Positions 27,914 through 36,209 of a stretch of 56,103 nucleotides of DNA are shown one piece after another. The stretch is from a virus (lineage: Duplodnaviria > Caudoviricetes), in the IMG/VR virus record IMGVR_UViG_3300034061_003450, positions 1-56,103 of that record. One strand, 5' to 3'. The stretch's first letter is position 1. The number at the start of each line of letters is the position of its first letter. Position numbers and translations under genes: made by a program. The notes beneath the pieces were generated by a model. It saw only the letters and a list, made by a program, of their open reading frames with translations, searched no databases and was not told the DNA's origin.

Positions 27914-28762
27914 GTGATCACAGTTGATCGCAGGCGACGGATCTGGACGTTCGCAGACGCCACCACGGAATCATGGCTGAGGCCCGATGATGCCAGCACG
28001 GTTACGATCGCAACGGGGACAAGCATCTCCGTATTGGCAGACAAGAAAGGAAACGGGAGGAACTATAACGGAGCCGCCGGAAGTCAGCCTACACTTTTAT
28101 CAAATGCTTTAAATGGCAAGGCTGCGCTAGCACTTAACGGCTCGCAATGGCTGACTTCCGCTAGCTCGGCAGCAACGTGGAACTTTCTGCATACAACCGG
28201 CGGAATTATTGTCGCCGCATGGAAAGCCGGAAACAGCAGTAATCCCAATGCGTTGCTTGCCTTGATGGGGAACAATGCTCTTTTAACAGCCAGCCACGGT
28301 TTCGCCCTGTTCTATGACGACAGATCCAGTGTTACAAGGGAAGACCGGGTCGTCGGGCAGGTAACAAGGGGAGTAAGCGGGGTTCCCACGACACTCAACG
28401 TTTCATCGGACGACGCACACCTACCCAATACCCCAGTAATTATTTCGCATATATATGATCCCGCCGCCGCCGTTCCCGCGAATAGATCGATACTGCGAGT
28501 CAATGGCACATCCATTCAACTCAACACATCTACAAACGCTGCTTCTTCCGCAAATGCTACGAACCCACTACAGATAGGAGCAGCCGGCGGTAATGCGAAC
28601 CCTCTTGTTGGCGAACTCTACGAGATCGGCATCTTCCCACTTTCCGCCGGCCTCGCCACCGTAGAGCGGGCCGAAGGCTATCTGGCTGGACCCACTGAAT
28701 GGAACCTGCAAAGCATCCTTGCGGCAGGCCATCCGTTCAAGTCTTACCCTCCGACGATCTAA
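27914..28762 (+). CDS. LamG/ConA-like fibre tip protein
   Basis: RBS aggag plus GTG start; LADKKGNGRN, GELYEI, VERAEGYLA, GHPFKS; lower GC. Confidence 0.7.
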   Translation: MITVDRRRRIWTFADATTESWLRPDDASTVTIATGTSISVLADKKGNGRNYNGAAGSQPTLLSNALNGKAALALNGSQWLTSASSAATWNFLHTTGGIIVAAWKAGNSSNPNALLALMGNNALLTASHGFALFYDDRSSVTREDRVVGQVTRGVSGVPTTLNVSSDDAHLPNTPVIISHIYDPAAAVPANRSILRVNGTSIQLNTSTNAASSANATNPLQIGAAGGNANPLVGELYEIGIFPLSAGLATVERAEGYLAGPTEWNLQSILAAGHPFKSYPPTI

Positions 28763-28928
28763 AGCACAATGGACAGCTTCAACCCCAACGAGGAAGCCAG
28801 CATCTCGGGACGCCTCGGCAGCAGTCCTGTCTTGACTCCATCCATTCCCTGATGCCCTCGATCTGATGTCATGCACACCAGCACCAGCGCCAGAACACCA
28901 CGTTGCTGCCCTCGGGGGAGCTGAGGCA

Positions 28929-29231
28929 ATGCCATTCAGCATTCGCAACCGACCCAAGCCGCCGCAGCCGGAACCGCTGATTGCGGTGGTGCGGGACAAG
29001 GTGATCAGCGCCCTGGCCGTGGCGGCAGTCGCCGGCATGTTGGCTTTGGCGAACATCGCCTGGAATGTTGACTTCCTGGTGCGGGAACTGCCCCGCCGGC
29101 TGGAGGATCTGAACGACCGGATCACCGCAACCGAACGGGAGGTGAAGCAGCTTGAGGAAGCCGGCGGCCGGGCACTGAACCTGCTGGAGCGCTACGACGA
29201 CCGGCTCCGGAAGCTCGAACAGGCCCGATGA
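28929..29231 (+). CDS. membrane protein with coiled coil (holin-like)
   Basis: One TM helix plus coiled coil; lysis region. Confidence 0.55.
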   Translation: MPFSIRNRPKPPQPEPLIAVVRDKVISALAVAAVAGMLALANIAWNVDFLVRELPRRLEDLNDRITATEREVKQLEEAGGRALNLLERYDDRLRKLEQAR

Positions 29232-29446
29232 TGGACATCATCCGCCGCCCGTTGATTCGCGCCCTGGTGGGGATCCTGCTGGCGAGTGCCGTCGCAGGGT
29301 TCGGCGCACCGCTTACGTGTGAGGGCCGCGGGCGGGACAATTGCGAAACGACGTGGGGATTGGCCACGAGCAACGCCCTGGCGTGCGCGGGTGTGATCTC
29401 GGCGCTGCTGGCTCGGTTGGATGGCGATGGGGGAACACTGAGATAA
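29228..29446 (+). CDS. small two-TM membrane protein (holin candidate)
   Basis: Two hydrophobic segments. Confidence 0.5.
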   Translation: MMDIIRRPLIRALVGILLASAVAGFGAPLTCEGRGRDNCETTWGLATSNALACAGVISALLARLDGDGGTLR

Positions 29447-29460
29447 CCGCCGCCGCCGGT

Positions 29461-29778
29461 ATGTCTATCCCCATCGTTGTCGCATGGGCCGACGCTGAAC
29501 TGGTGGAGTTTGATGGGCAGATGTGGTGGGGCTTCACGTTTGAGCTGATCGTCGGCGCTTCAGGCTTCCATGCGCAGAATCGCCTGCATGGGTTCTGCGG
29601 CTTCGAGGCTGAGCTCATGCCGGCTGATGGTTCATGCGTCAGCGACGACAACCTGCCGACGATCATCTCTGCATGGGAAACGGAACCCGAGCAGTTGCAG
29701 CCCTACGTCAGCGACATTCGCGCCGCTTACCTCGCGCACATGCGCAAGCTGGGTCTGGCGCTGACGATGGAAAGCTGA
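29461..29778 (+). CDS. hypothetical protein
   Basis: ORF ending in the motif variant GGAAAGCTGA. Confidence 0.5.
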   Translation: MSIPIVVAWADAELVEFDGQMWWGFTFELIVGASGFHAQNRLHGFCGFEAELMPADGSCVSDDNLPTIISAWETEPEQLQPYVSDIRAAYLAHMRKLGLALTMES

Positions 29779-29781
29779 GGC

Positions 29782-30051
29782 ATGAACCTTTCATCTGCTG
29801 CGCGGTTCCTGCTGCGCCTTGCGATCCGTCCCGTTCTTCGCCGGGTGTTGTCGGAGGTGTTCCGCGATCTCGACAGCGCGGTGCCTACGGCGTTGGTGCA
29901 GAAAGCCGCGCCGGTGGTGATCGAAGGGCTGATCGTCAACGCAGTCACCAGGCGGACAGGCATCGTGCCGACCGCTGGGGAGGTGGATGCCATCGCCGGG
30001 CTGTTTGATCCGCGGCGGGCTGCCAGGCCGCTGAACATCAGGAACCGCTGA
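29782..30051 (+). CDS. hypothetical protein
   Basis: Coupled to the endolysin gene. Confidence 0.6.
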   Translation: MNLSSAARFLLRLAIRPVLRRVLSEVFRDLDSAVPTALVQKAAPVVIEGLIVNAVTRRTGIVPTAGEVDAIAGLFDPRRAARPLNIRNR

Positions 30052-30815
30052 TGACGTTCGCTAAGGTCCGAGCAGCAGCAGAGGAGGCGGCAAAGGCAGG
30101 CCGGTTGACGCCGCATCAGCTCGCGGCGCTGAGCCGGTTGGATGAGCTGCTGACGGATGAGCAGCGCCGCGAGTTCAGTAAGCTCTGGCGAGCCGCCGGC
30201 AGCCCCGCCGCGCCGGTGCAGTTGCGGCAGCCGGCGCCGGGCACGCCCGGACGAGCAGTGCCGACCACCGGCGGCGGGTGGCGACTGGAGGGATTTCCCT
30301 TCTTCTCTCAGGTCGATCCGGCGGACGGGCCGGAAGGGTGGCGGCAGTGCCAGACGAGCTCGATCGCCATGGCGCTGCGGTTCCTGAAGGTGCCGGGCAT
30401 CAAGGACGATACGGACTACCTGCGGATCGTGCGGCAGTTCGGCGACACCACCGTGCAGGAGGCGCACCGGAAGGCGCTGGCCAGGCTGGGGGTGCGGGCA
30501 CGGTTCACCAAGCGGTGCACCGTGGCGCAGGCGCAAGCCGAGATCAAGGCGGGGCTGCCGGTGGTCTGCGGCGTGCTGCACCATGGGCCGGTGTCGAAGC
30601 CATCAGGCGGCGGGCATTATGTGACCCTGCACGGGTTCGATGGTGGCCCCCGGCCGGCGTGGCATGTTCACGACCCCTATGGGGAGCTTGATCTGGTAAA
30701 TGGGGGGTGGAGCCGGCAGGGAGGGGGTGCCGGTCGTGATCAGAGGTATTCGTTCAGAAACTTCAATCCGCGGTGGGATTCGGGCGGCGAGCAGTGGACG
30801 TGGTTGTTTAGCTAG
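30051..30815 (+). CDS. C39-like cysteine peptidase, probable endolysin
   Basis: FFSQVD, RQCQTSSIAMAL (Cys), GGHY (His), VHDPYG (Asp). Confidence 0.85.
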   Translation: MTFAKVRAAAEEAAKAGRLTPHQLAALSRLDELLTDEQRREFSKLWRAAGSPAAPVQLRQPAPGTPGRAVPTTGGGWRLEGFPFFSQVDPADGPEGWRQCQTSSIAMALRFLKVPGIKDDTDYLRIVRQFGDTTVQEAHRKALARLGVRARFTKRCTVAQAQAEIKAGLPVVCGVLHHGPVSKPSGGGHYVTLHGFDGGPRPAWHVHDPYGELDLVNGGWSRQGGGAGRDQRYSFRNFNPRWDSGGEQWTWLFS

Positions 30816-31093
30816 AAAGGTGATCGGCCGCTGAGCGCTTGGGCGGCTTGACACGACATCCACTCGCGCAGCCATAGGTCGCTGATGTCGTCTAGATCAT
30901 CAAAGGCACGACGACAGCGCTTCCATGCGCAGCGGGCGACGTTCTCCCAGTCGGTGGGGGTCATGCTGGCAGCGGCCAGCTCGGCATCACACGGCTGGGC
31001 GCAACGTGTGCACCGCCAGAACCACGAATCGGGCCCGCCATCGGTGCGAACTGGCGCCTGGCAGCAGCGGGATTGAGGGGTGGGGTGGGTCAT
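30812..31093 (-). CDS. hypothetical Cys-rich protein
   Basis: SRCCQAP...CTRC. Confidence 0.55.
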   Translation of the reverse strand: MTHPTPQSRCCQAPVRTDGGPDSWFWRCTRCAQPCDAELAAASMTPTDWENVARCAWKRCRRAFDDLDDISDLWLREWMSCQAAQALSGRSPF

Positions 31094-31299
31094 GGTTCGG
31101 TCGGCGGGTCGATCCGCAGCCATGCGTCGTTCATGTTTTTGCCGGTGTTCCAGACAAAACACCACCTAGTGGTGCGACTGTTGTGCAGGGCTCTGAGTCG
31201 AGCTTTGCACCCTTGAACCATGTCTACATGCCAATCTTTCCCGCGCGGTGATCGCCAGGTGTCCCCAAGGCGGAATCGATCGGCTGGTAGGTGGGTCAT
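31090..31299 (-). CDS. hypothetical protein
   Basis: Coupled small ORF. Confidence 0.55.
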   Translation of the reverse strand: MTHLPADRFRLGDTWRSPRGKDWHVDMVQGCKARLRALHNSRTTRWCFVWNTGKNMNDAWLRIDPPTEP

Positions 31300-31577
31300 T
31301 CTTCCCCCTTCTCCGCCCGCTCGGCCTCGGCGGTGAGCACGGCGCGGAGGCGTTGGCGCTGCATGTAGAGCGCTTTGGCCACAGCGTTGCCCTGGATCCT
31401 GCGGGTTATTGGAGGCTCATCCGGCAGGATGTGACGCTGCAGGGCGCGGATCTCGGCGGCGTAGCCGTAGCGATCGCTCAGGCAGTCGTAGGCGTCGGCC
31501 GACTCCAACAACTCATCGGGCACGCTGGATTGGTCGTAGGCGCGGCGCATGGCCTGCCATAGCGGCTGGTCAGCCAT
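31296..31577 (-). CDS. hypothetical protein
   Basis: PLWQAMRRAY...YAAEIRAL; coupled. Confidence 0.6.
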   Translation of the reverse strand: MADQPLWQAMRRAYDQSSVPDELLESADAYDCLSDRYGYAAEIRALQRHILPDEPPITRRIQGNAVAKALYMQRQRLRAVLTAEAERAEKGEE

Positions 31578-31738
31578 CGGCGCCTTCCTGTAGGGCCTCG
31601 CGGATGAGGGCGAGTTCGGCTTCAAAGAACCTCGGGCACTGTCCGTTCCCCATACGCTTGCTCACCAGCGCCAGCGCCTGCTCCCGCAGGGTCGGGGGCG
31701 CGGCACGGCGGGGGGTTGGGTGGGGCGGTCGGGGGTTG

Positions 31739-32029
31739 TCATGGGGCAATCTCCATCAGGATGTTGTGCAGGTCTTGATCCAGTTCCGCCAAGGTGTTCT
31801 CAACCGTTTTCCAAGCTTCGCGGCACGCTTGATCGCGTGTCTTCGCCTTGAGCGGCTTGGTTTTAATCGTCAGCGTGGGGCAGTGCATAACCCACTGCCC
31901 GCGGTAGTAGATGTGGTTGTCGGTGATGCTGATGCGCAGGCTGCCAGATACAGCCTCAAACGAGTGAGGAATGCGTTCCTTGTCACCTTGTCTGTATGTG
32001 GTGCAGTCACGCCAGACGCAGTCGCTCAT
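31739..32029 (-). CDS. hypothetical protein
   Basis: Coupled ORF; lower GC. Confidence 0.6.
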   Translation of the reverse strand: MSDCVWRDCTTYRQGDKERIPHSFEAVSGSLRISITDNHIYYRGQWVMHCPTLTIKTKPLKAKTRDQACREAWKTVENTLAELDQDLHNILMEIAP

Positions 32030-32223
32030 GCCCCCTCCCCCGGCGCAGCCGGCAGCGGCTTACACTCTCGGACCATGGCTAGTGCCTGTTTGTGAATGCG
32101 GCAAACCCAAGAATGCCCCGTGATGCTTTCTGGCTCCCAGGTATCGAGATCGCAGTTGCAACGGACGCCGCTGTTTTTGACCCACACTACATACTCTTTC
32201 ACGGTTGGTATTGTTGTGCTCAC
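32026..32223 (-). CDS. hypothetical protein
   Basis: CNCD...HSWVCRIH; RBS ggaggt. Confidence 0.55.
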   Translation of the reverse strand: MSTTIPTVKEYVVWVKNSGVRCNCDLDTWEPESITGHSWVCRIHKQALAMVRECKPLPAAPGEGA

Positions 32224-32666
32224 GACTTCACCTCCGGCAGCGGCAGGGCGGGCGTGCTGGCCCAATCGCATAGGGGGTCCTCGTTGCCTGCCCCCAGTTG
32301 AATCCTGCAGGTGCAGGCGATGGGGTGCGTGCAGACAATCCGTTGCCGCTCGGCGACGGGGATGGGCGTGGGGTTGGTGCCGTAGCGGGCGAGGGCATCA
32401 CTCCATCCATCTTGGCGACCAGCTTCCCAAGAGGAGGCCATGTCTGAGTTGTACCAGGCAGGCGCCTCTTTCTCTGGAGCTTCGTCCGCCGGCCCCACCA
32501 CCGGCTCCGACAGGGTGGCGCGAGCGCTCTCCGCCAGCTCTTCCAGGTGGTCAACGTCAACCGTGAGGATTAGCCGATGGCCGGGGCCCCTGACCGAATC
32601 GCCGTGGCTGGTGAGTTGGTCTACGGCGTCGACGAACTGCTGGCACAACTCACGAAGATCGCTCAT
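32220..32666 (-). CDS. hypothetical protein
   Basis: MSDLRELC...PTPIPVAER...ALPLP mosaic. Confidence 0.65.
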   Translation of the reverse strand: MSDLRELCQQFVDAVDQLTSHGDSVRGPGHRLILTVDVDHLEELAESARATLSEPVVGPADEAPEKEAPAWYNSDMASSWEAGRQDGWSDALARYGTNPTPIPVAERQRIVCTHPIACTCRIQLGAGNEDPLCDWASTPALPLPEVKS

Positions 32667-32884
32667 TTCAACTCCTTAATCAAGTTCAGAATGTCAACCA
32701 CCGGCACCGCCGGCAACGCATCACCCGGCAGACAGCGGGTGTGAGTTGCGATCACTTTTGGCAACACCGCCGCAATGCTCGCAGGGTTGGCGCCGGGGCC
32801 TGTAGAACCTGGCGCGGCCTCATAGGCGGCAACCAGTTCCAAGGCGCCGGGCGCCAGAGGTTTCGTTACTTTAGCTTTAAACAT
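32663..32884 (-). CDS. hypothetical protein
   Basis: Coupled ORF. Confidence 0.55.
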   Translation of the reverse strand: MFKAKVTKPLAPGALELVAAYEAAPGSTGPGANPASIAAVLPKVIATHTRCLPGDALPAVPVVDILNLIKELK

Positions 32885-32917
32885 GATGCACAGTCTCCAG
32901 AGGGAATAATAACAGCA

Positions 32918-33937
32918 TCAGCCACCTTCCAGCTTCCGCAGATACCACGCCGGCAACTGCAACGGCTGCGGTGCCGTGTCATACCCTGGCCAGTAGTCAA
33001 GCGTCTGCGCTGCTGCTACCTGGTCCAGCGCCTGGCGATACAGCAGGCGGCCAAGCAGTTGCTGATCCTCGGTGAGGAAATAACGGCCGATGAACTGCGG
33101 CGCTGGGGTTTCTTTTTCGATGGCGATGAACTCGAACACGATCGGCACATCGTCCAGCGCACCGGCTGACAGACCCAGCAGCTCGCAGATCGCGGCGCGG
33201 CACTGGTCTACGGCGTCGGCGTAAAACGCACCCTGCAGGACGTAGCCGAAGCCGGCGGCAGACTTCCCGAACGGTTCGGGGCCTGCATCGGCGGCAGACT
33301 TCAGATCCAGCACCCGGAGTTCCCGGCCGTTGAACCGCAGCCCGTCAATCCGCACCTTGCACCTGTGCCCGGTGATCGGGTCGAACCATGTGAGCGTGAG
33401 CTCGTTGAATCGGCGGAGCTGAGGGCCAAACATTGGGCCGAGTCCGGGGTGGGCGTCCACGGCGTTGCGGAGCTGCAGCGCCAGGTCGTAGTCGGCGGCG
33501 GGCATCACCGTCGCGCCGATGGTGCGGGCGTCGAACGCCTGCCACCACGCCAGCCGGCGGTGCGCATCCTCCCAGCCCTCGCGGGCCTTGGTGCCGGGCT
33601 TGCTGCTCTCGCCCGTGGTGAGCTGCGTCTCGGTCGGCCGCTTCGGTGCATCCGCCGGGATCGCGACGAACTGCTCCTGCCACGATTCCGGCTCCAGCAG
33701 CATCGCGTGCAGTGCGCTGCCGATCACCTGCTGGGGAGTTGCGACACGTTCCGGCCGGTTCGGATCGCGGTATGCCGCCCACGCATGGGCCGGGGTGCGG
33801 CTGATGGCCAGCTTCAACAGGGAAGCGTTCCAGCCGGCGAGGTCGTCATACTGCTGGCGGGGCAGCATCGAGAACGCCTGCGGGGCGTCCGTGAGCACCA
33901 GCTCGGCGGCGGCCGGTGCTGTGAGGGTTGCAGTCAT
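32918..33937 (-). CDS. recE: RecE/ExoVIII-like PD-(D/E)XK exonuclease (DUF3799-like)
   Basis: IGSALHAMLLEP, CKVRIDGL, LDLKS, YVLQGAFY, FIAIEK. Confidence 0.85.
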   Translation of the reverse strand: MTATLTAPAAAELVLTDAPQAFSMLPRQQYDDLAGWNASLLKLAISRTPAHAWAAYRDPNRPERVATPQQVIGSALHAMLLEPESWQEQFVAIPADAPKRPTETQLTTGESSKPGTKAREGWEDAHRRLAWWQAFDARTIGATVMPAADYDLALQLRNAVDAHPGLGPMFGPQLRRFNELTLTWFDPITGHRCKVRIDGLRFNGRELRVLDLKSAADAGPEPFGKSAAGFGYVLQGAFYADAVDQCRAAICELLGLSAGALDDVPIVFEFIAIEKETPAPQFIGRYFLTEDQQLLGRLLYRQALDQVAAAQTLDYWPGYDTAPQPLQLPAWYLRKLEGG

Positions 33938-33942
33938 CGGGA

Positions 33943-34896
33943 TTACATCGCCTCCTTATTGATGACGGACTGCAGAAAGGCACGCGCCATCTCGTTTGTT
34001 GCATAGAAGTGCGCGTGAGCTTCGACGCCTAACAGCAACAGCCCACCGAGGTCATTTCCGTTGGTCTTAATCAGAAGCCTTGCTAACGGCCCGCCTAGAT
34101 GCTCAGCCCAACCGCAAATGCAATGAGTGGTCTCGCACGTATGCCAGTCGCTCATCTCCAATGCGTCATCAGTTGCCAGCGCGGCATGGGCAACAGCCAG
34201 CAACCTGGACGGCGCATCCTCGGCAATGGGAAGGCCAATGGCGTAGCTGAGGTTGGCGTCGCGGAGGTTGGCGTAGCTGAGGTTGGCGCTGCGGAGGTTG
34301 GCGTAGCTGAGGTTGGCGCCGCTGAGGATGGCGCCGCTGAGGTTGGCGCCGCTGAGGTCGGCGCTGCGGAGGTTGGCGTAGCGGAGGTTGGCGTCGCTGA
34401 GGTTGGCGTCGCGGAGGATGGCGCCGCTGAGGTTGGCGCCGCTGAGGTCGGCGCTGCGGAGGTTGGCGTAGCTGAGGTTGGCGCCGCTGAGGATGGCGCC
34501 GCTGAGGTTGGCGCCGCTGAGGTTGGCGCTGCGGAGGTCGGCGCTGCGGAGGTTGGCGTCGCTGAGGATGGCGTCGCGGAGGATGGCGTCGCGGAGGATG
34601 GCGTAGCTGAGGTCGGCGTAGCTGAGGATGGCGTAGCGGAGGATGGCGTAGCTGAGGTTGGCGTAGCTGAGGTTGGCGTCGCGGAGGTTGGCGTCGCGGA
34701 GGATGGCGCCGCTGAGGTTGGCGCCGCTGAGGTCGGCGCTGCGGAGGTTGGCGTAGCGGAGGTTGGCGCCGCTGAGGATGGCGCCGCTGAGGTTGGCGCC
34801 GCTGAGGTTGGCGCGGGCGCCGACTGGGTTATTAGCCAGCCATAGACCGTGGAGCCTAAGGATTTCTTTCAACTCGTCTTGCGTGTACGTAGTCAT
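33943..34896 (-). CDS. pentapeptide repeat protein with C-terminal WHTCETTHC domain
   Basis: 38 A(N/I/D)L(S/R)x repeats. Confidence 0.9.
   Translation of the reverse strand: MTTYTQDELKEILRLHGLWLANNPVGARANLSGANLSGAILSGANLRYANLRSADLSGANLSGAILRDANLRDANLSYANLSYAILRYAILSYADLSYAILRDAILRDAILSDANLRSADLRSANLSGANLSGAILSGANLSYANLRSADLSGANLSGAILRDANLSDANLRYANLRSADLSGANLSGAILSGANLSYANLRSANLSYANLRDANLSYAIGLPIAEDAPSRLLAVAHAALATDDALEMSDWHTCETTHCICGWAEHLGGPLARLLIKTNGNDLGGLLLLGVEAHAHFYATNEMARAFLQSVINKEAM
34243..34812 (-). repeat. 15-bp tandem repeat array, 38 units
   Basis: GCC RWC CTC MGC DRC units. Confidence 0.95.
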
Positions 34897-35111
34897 CGGG
34901 ATGTCACGGTGAGGGTGAACGGCAGGCCATCGCTGATGAACAGCGCGGCCATGCTCAGAACGTCGTCGTCGCGGGCGAAGTCGTCGCACACGCCGTTCTC
35001 GAAGTGGAATCGATAGGAGCTGTCGCCTGGCCCGGGGTCGTGGACCACGGTGCAGAGGGGGTGGGCTTCAACGTCGGCCAGCGACGCGAGCGGGGTGAGG
35101 GTTGCAGTCAT
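34893..35111 (-). CDS. hypothetical protein
   Basis: Coupled ORF starting MTATLT. Confidence 0.55.
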   Translation of the reverse strand: MTATLTPLASLADVEAHPLCTVVHDPGPGDSSYRFHFENGVCDDFARDDDVLSMAALFISDGLPFTLTVTSR

Positions 35112-35329
35112 GGTGCCTGCGTGGTAGTGGTGTCTGCAATCGTGCCGCCGATAAATAGTCTTCTGCAGGCAGGCAGGTTGACGCCGCCTATATCCATCCA
35201 CACACCTCCTCCTATCGGCCTTTGGTAGTACCCAAGGCGGTTGTCGTAGTGAGTGAGTAAACGCAAAGAGCCGTCAGTGCACCTGACTTTGTGGTTGAGC
35301 GCTTCGTCCAGGGATTGAATGGTGCTCAT
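35108..35329 (-). CDS. hypothetical protein
   Basis: Coupled ORF; lower GC. Confidence 0.5.
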   Translation of the reverse strand: MSTIQSLDEALNHKVRCTDGSLRLLTHYDNRLGYYQRPIGGGVWMDIGGVNLPACRRLFIGGTIADTTTTQAP

Positions 35330-35369
35330 GGTGATTCCGTTGCGGTTATTTCGGGATTGAATGGAGTGG

Positions 35370-35573
35370 TCAGAGCCGCCTGCAGGCGGCATCGGAGGGT
35401 GCGTAGTTGCGGCAGGCACGTTCCAGCGCCTGCTCAGACGGCCCGGCGGTCAATGCCGTCAGGACGGCAGCGGTCAGGATCGCTACCGTCGCAAGGCGGG
35501 AAAAGAAGCGAGCGCGGGAGAAGGTCATCAATCTGCTCAGGGAGTGGGTTGATGGGAATGCGATAGCCGTCAA
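35370..35573 (-). CDS. small membrane/secreted protein
   Basis: Hydrophobic helix followed by two Cys; start uncertain. Confidence 0.45.
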   Translation of the reverse strand: MTAIAFPSTHSLSRLMTFSRARFFSRLATVAILTAAVLTALTAGPSEQALERACRNYAPSDAACRRL

Positions 35574-35615
35574 CCACGAGGAAGTCGCGGCCGGCGGATC
35601 TGATGTGAAAACAAG

Positions 35616-36209
35616 TCATCGTCGGGAAAGCAGAAGGTCTCGGAATCGGCCAGGGCCGGCGCATCGTCGTCGTCGCGGCGCCCTCGCCAATCGGGCCAGG
35701 TTCTCCGTCGCCAGTCGGCGGCTCCATTCAAGGTCCGCCACGATCGCCTCCGGCGACATGTTCGGAGCGCAAAGGATGCCGACGCCCCGGCGGTGCCGGG
35801 CCAGGTAGTCATCGATCAGGCTGATCGACTGATGCCATTCGCCGTGGCGGAGGTGATCCATCACAAGCCGCTGGAGCTCGCCCGCATTGGTCAACACCCG
35901 GGCCCGCACGCCGAGATCAGTGGTCCCATCGCTCCGGCGATACCAGCCGACCGTCCCGATGCCATTGGCCGGTTGCAGCCGCTCGACATGGAGGGTGGCG
36001 ACGAACGCCGCAGGGCAGCGAAGCCAGAGGTGATCGGTGCGCAGCGATGGGCGGAGGGTGTCAAGCGGTTCAGTGAATGCCCACGGCCATAGCCGCACGG
36101 CCCTGATGCAGAGGTCGGTGTCGCCATTAGGCCGCGGCGCCCAGCAGTCGACGACGCCGCGCCAGCGAACCCACTGGCCTTCCAGGGGGAGGAGTTCAGA
36201 GCGGGTCAT
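35616..36209 (-). CDS. hypothetical protein
   Basis: DHLW and GWYRRSDGTTDLG motifs; coupled to recT. Confidence 0.65.
   Translation of the reverse strand: MTRSELLPLEGQWVRWRGVVDCWAPRPNGDTDLCIRAVRLWPWAFTEPLDTLRPSLRTDHLWLRCPAAFVATLHVERLQPANGIGTVGWYRRSDGTTDLGVRARVLTNAGELQRLVMDHLRHGEWHQSISLIDDYLARHRRGVGILCAPNMSPEAIVADLEWSRRLATENLARLARAPRRRRCAGPGRFRDLLLSRR

Noticed and set aside
34099-34845. + strand (AEVGV)n ORF, or a CRISPR-like array
   Set aside because: It is the antisense shadow of the pentapeptide repeats; there are no unique spacers and no cas genes
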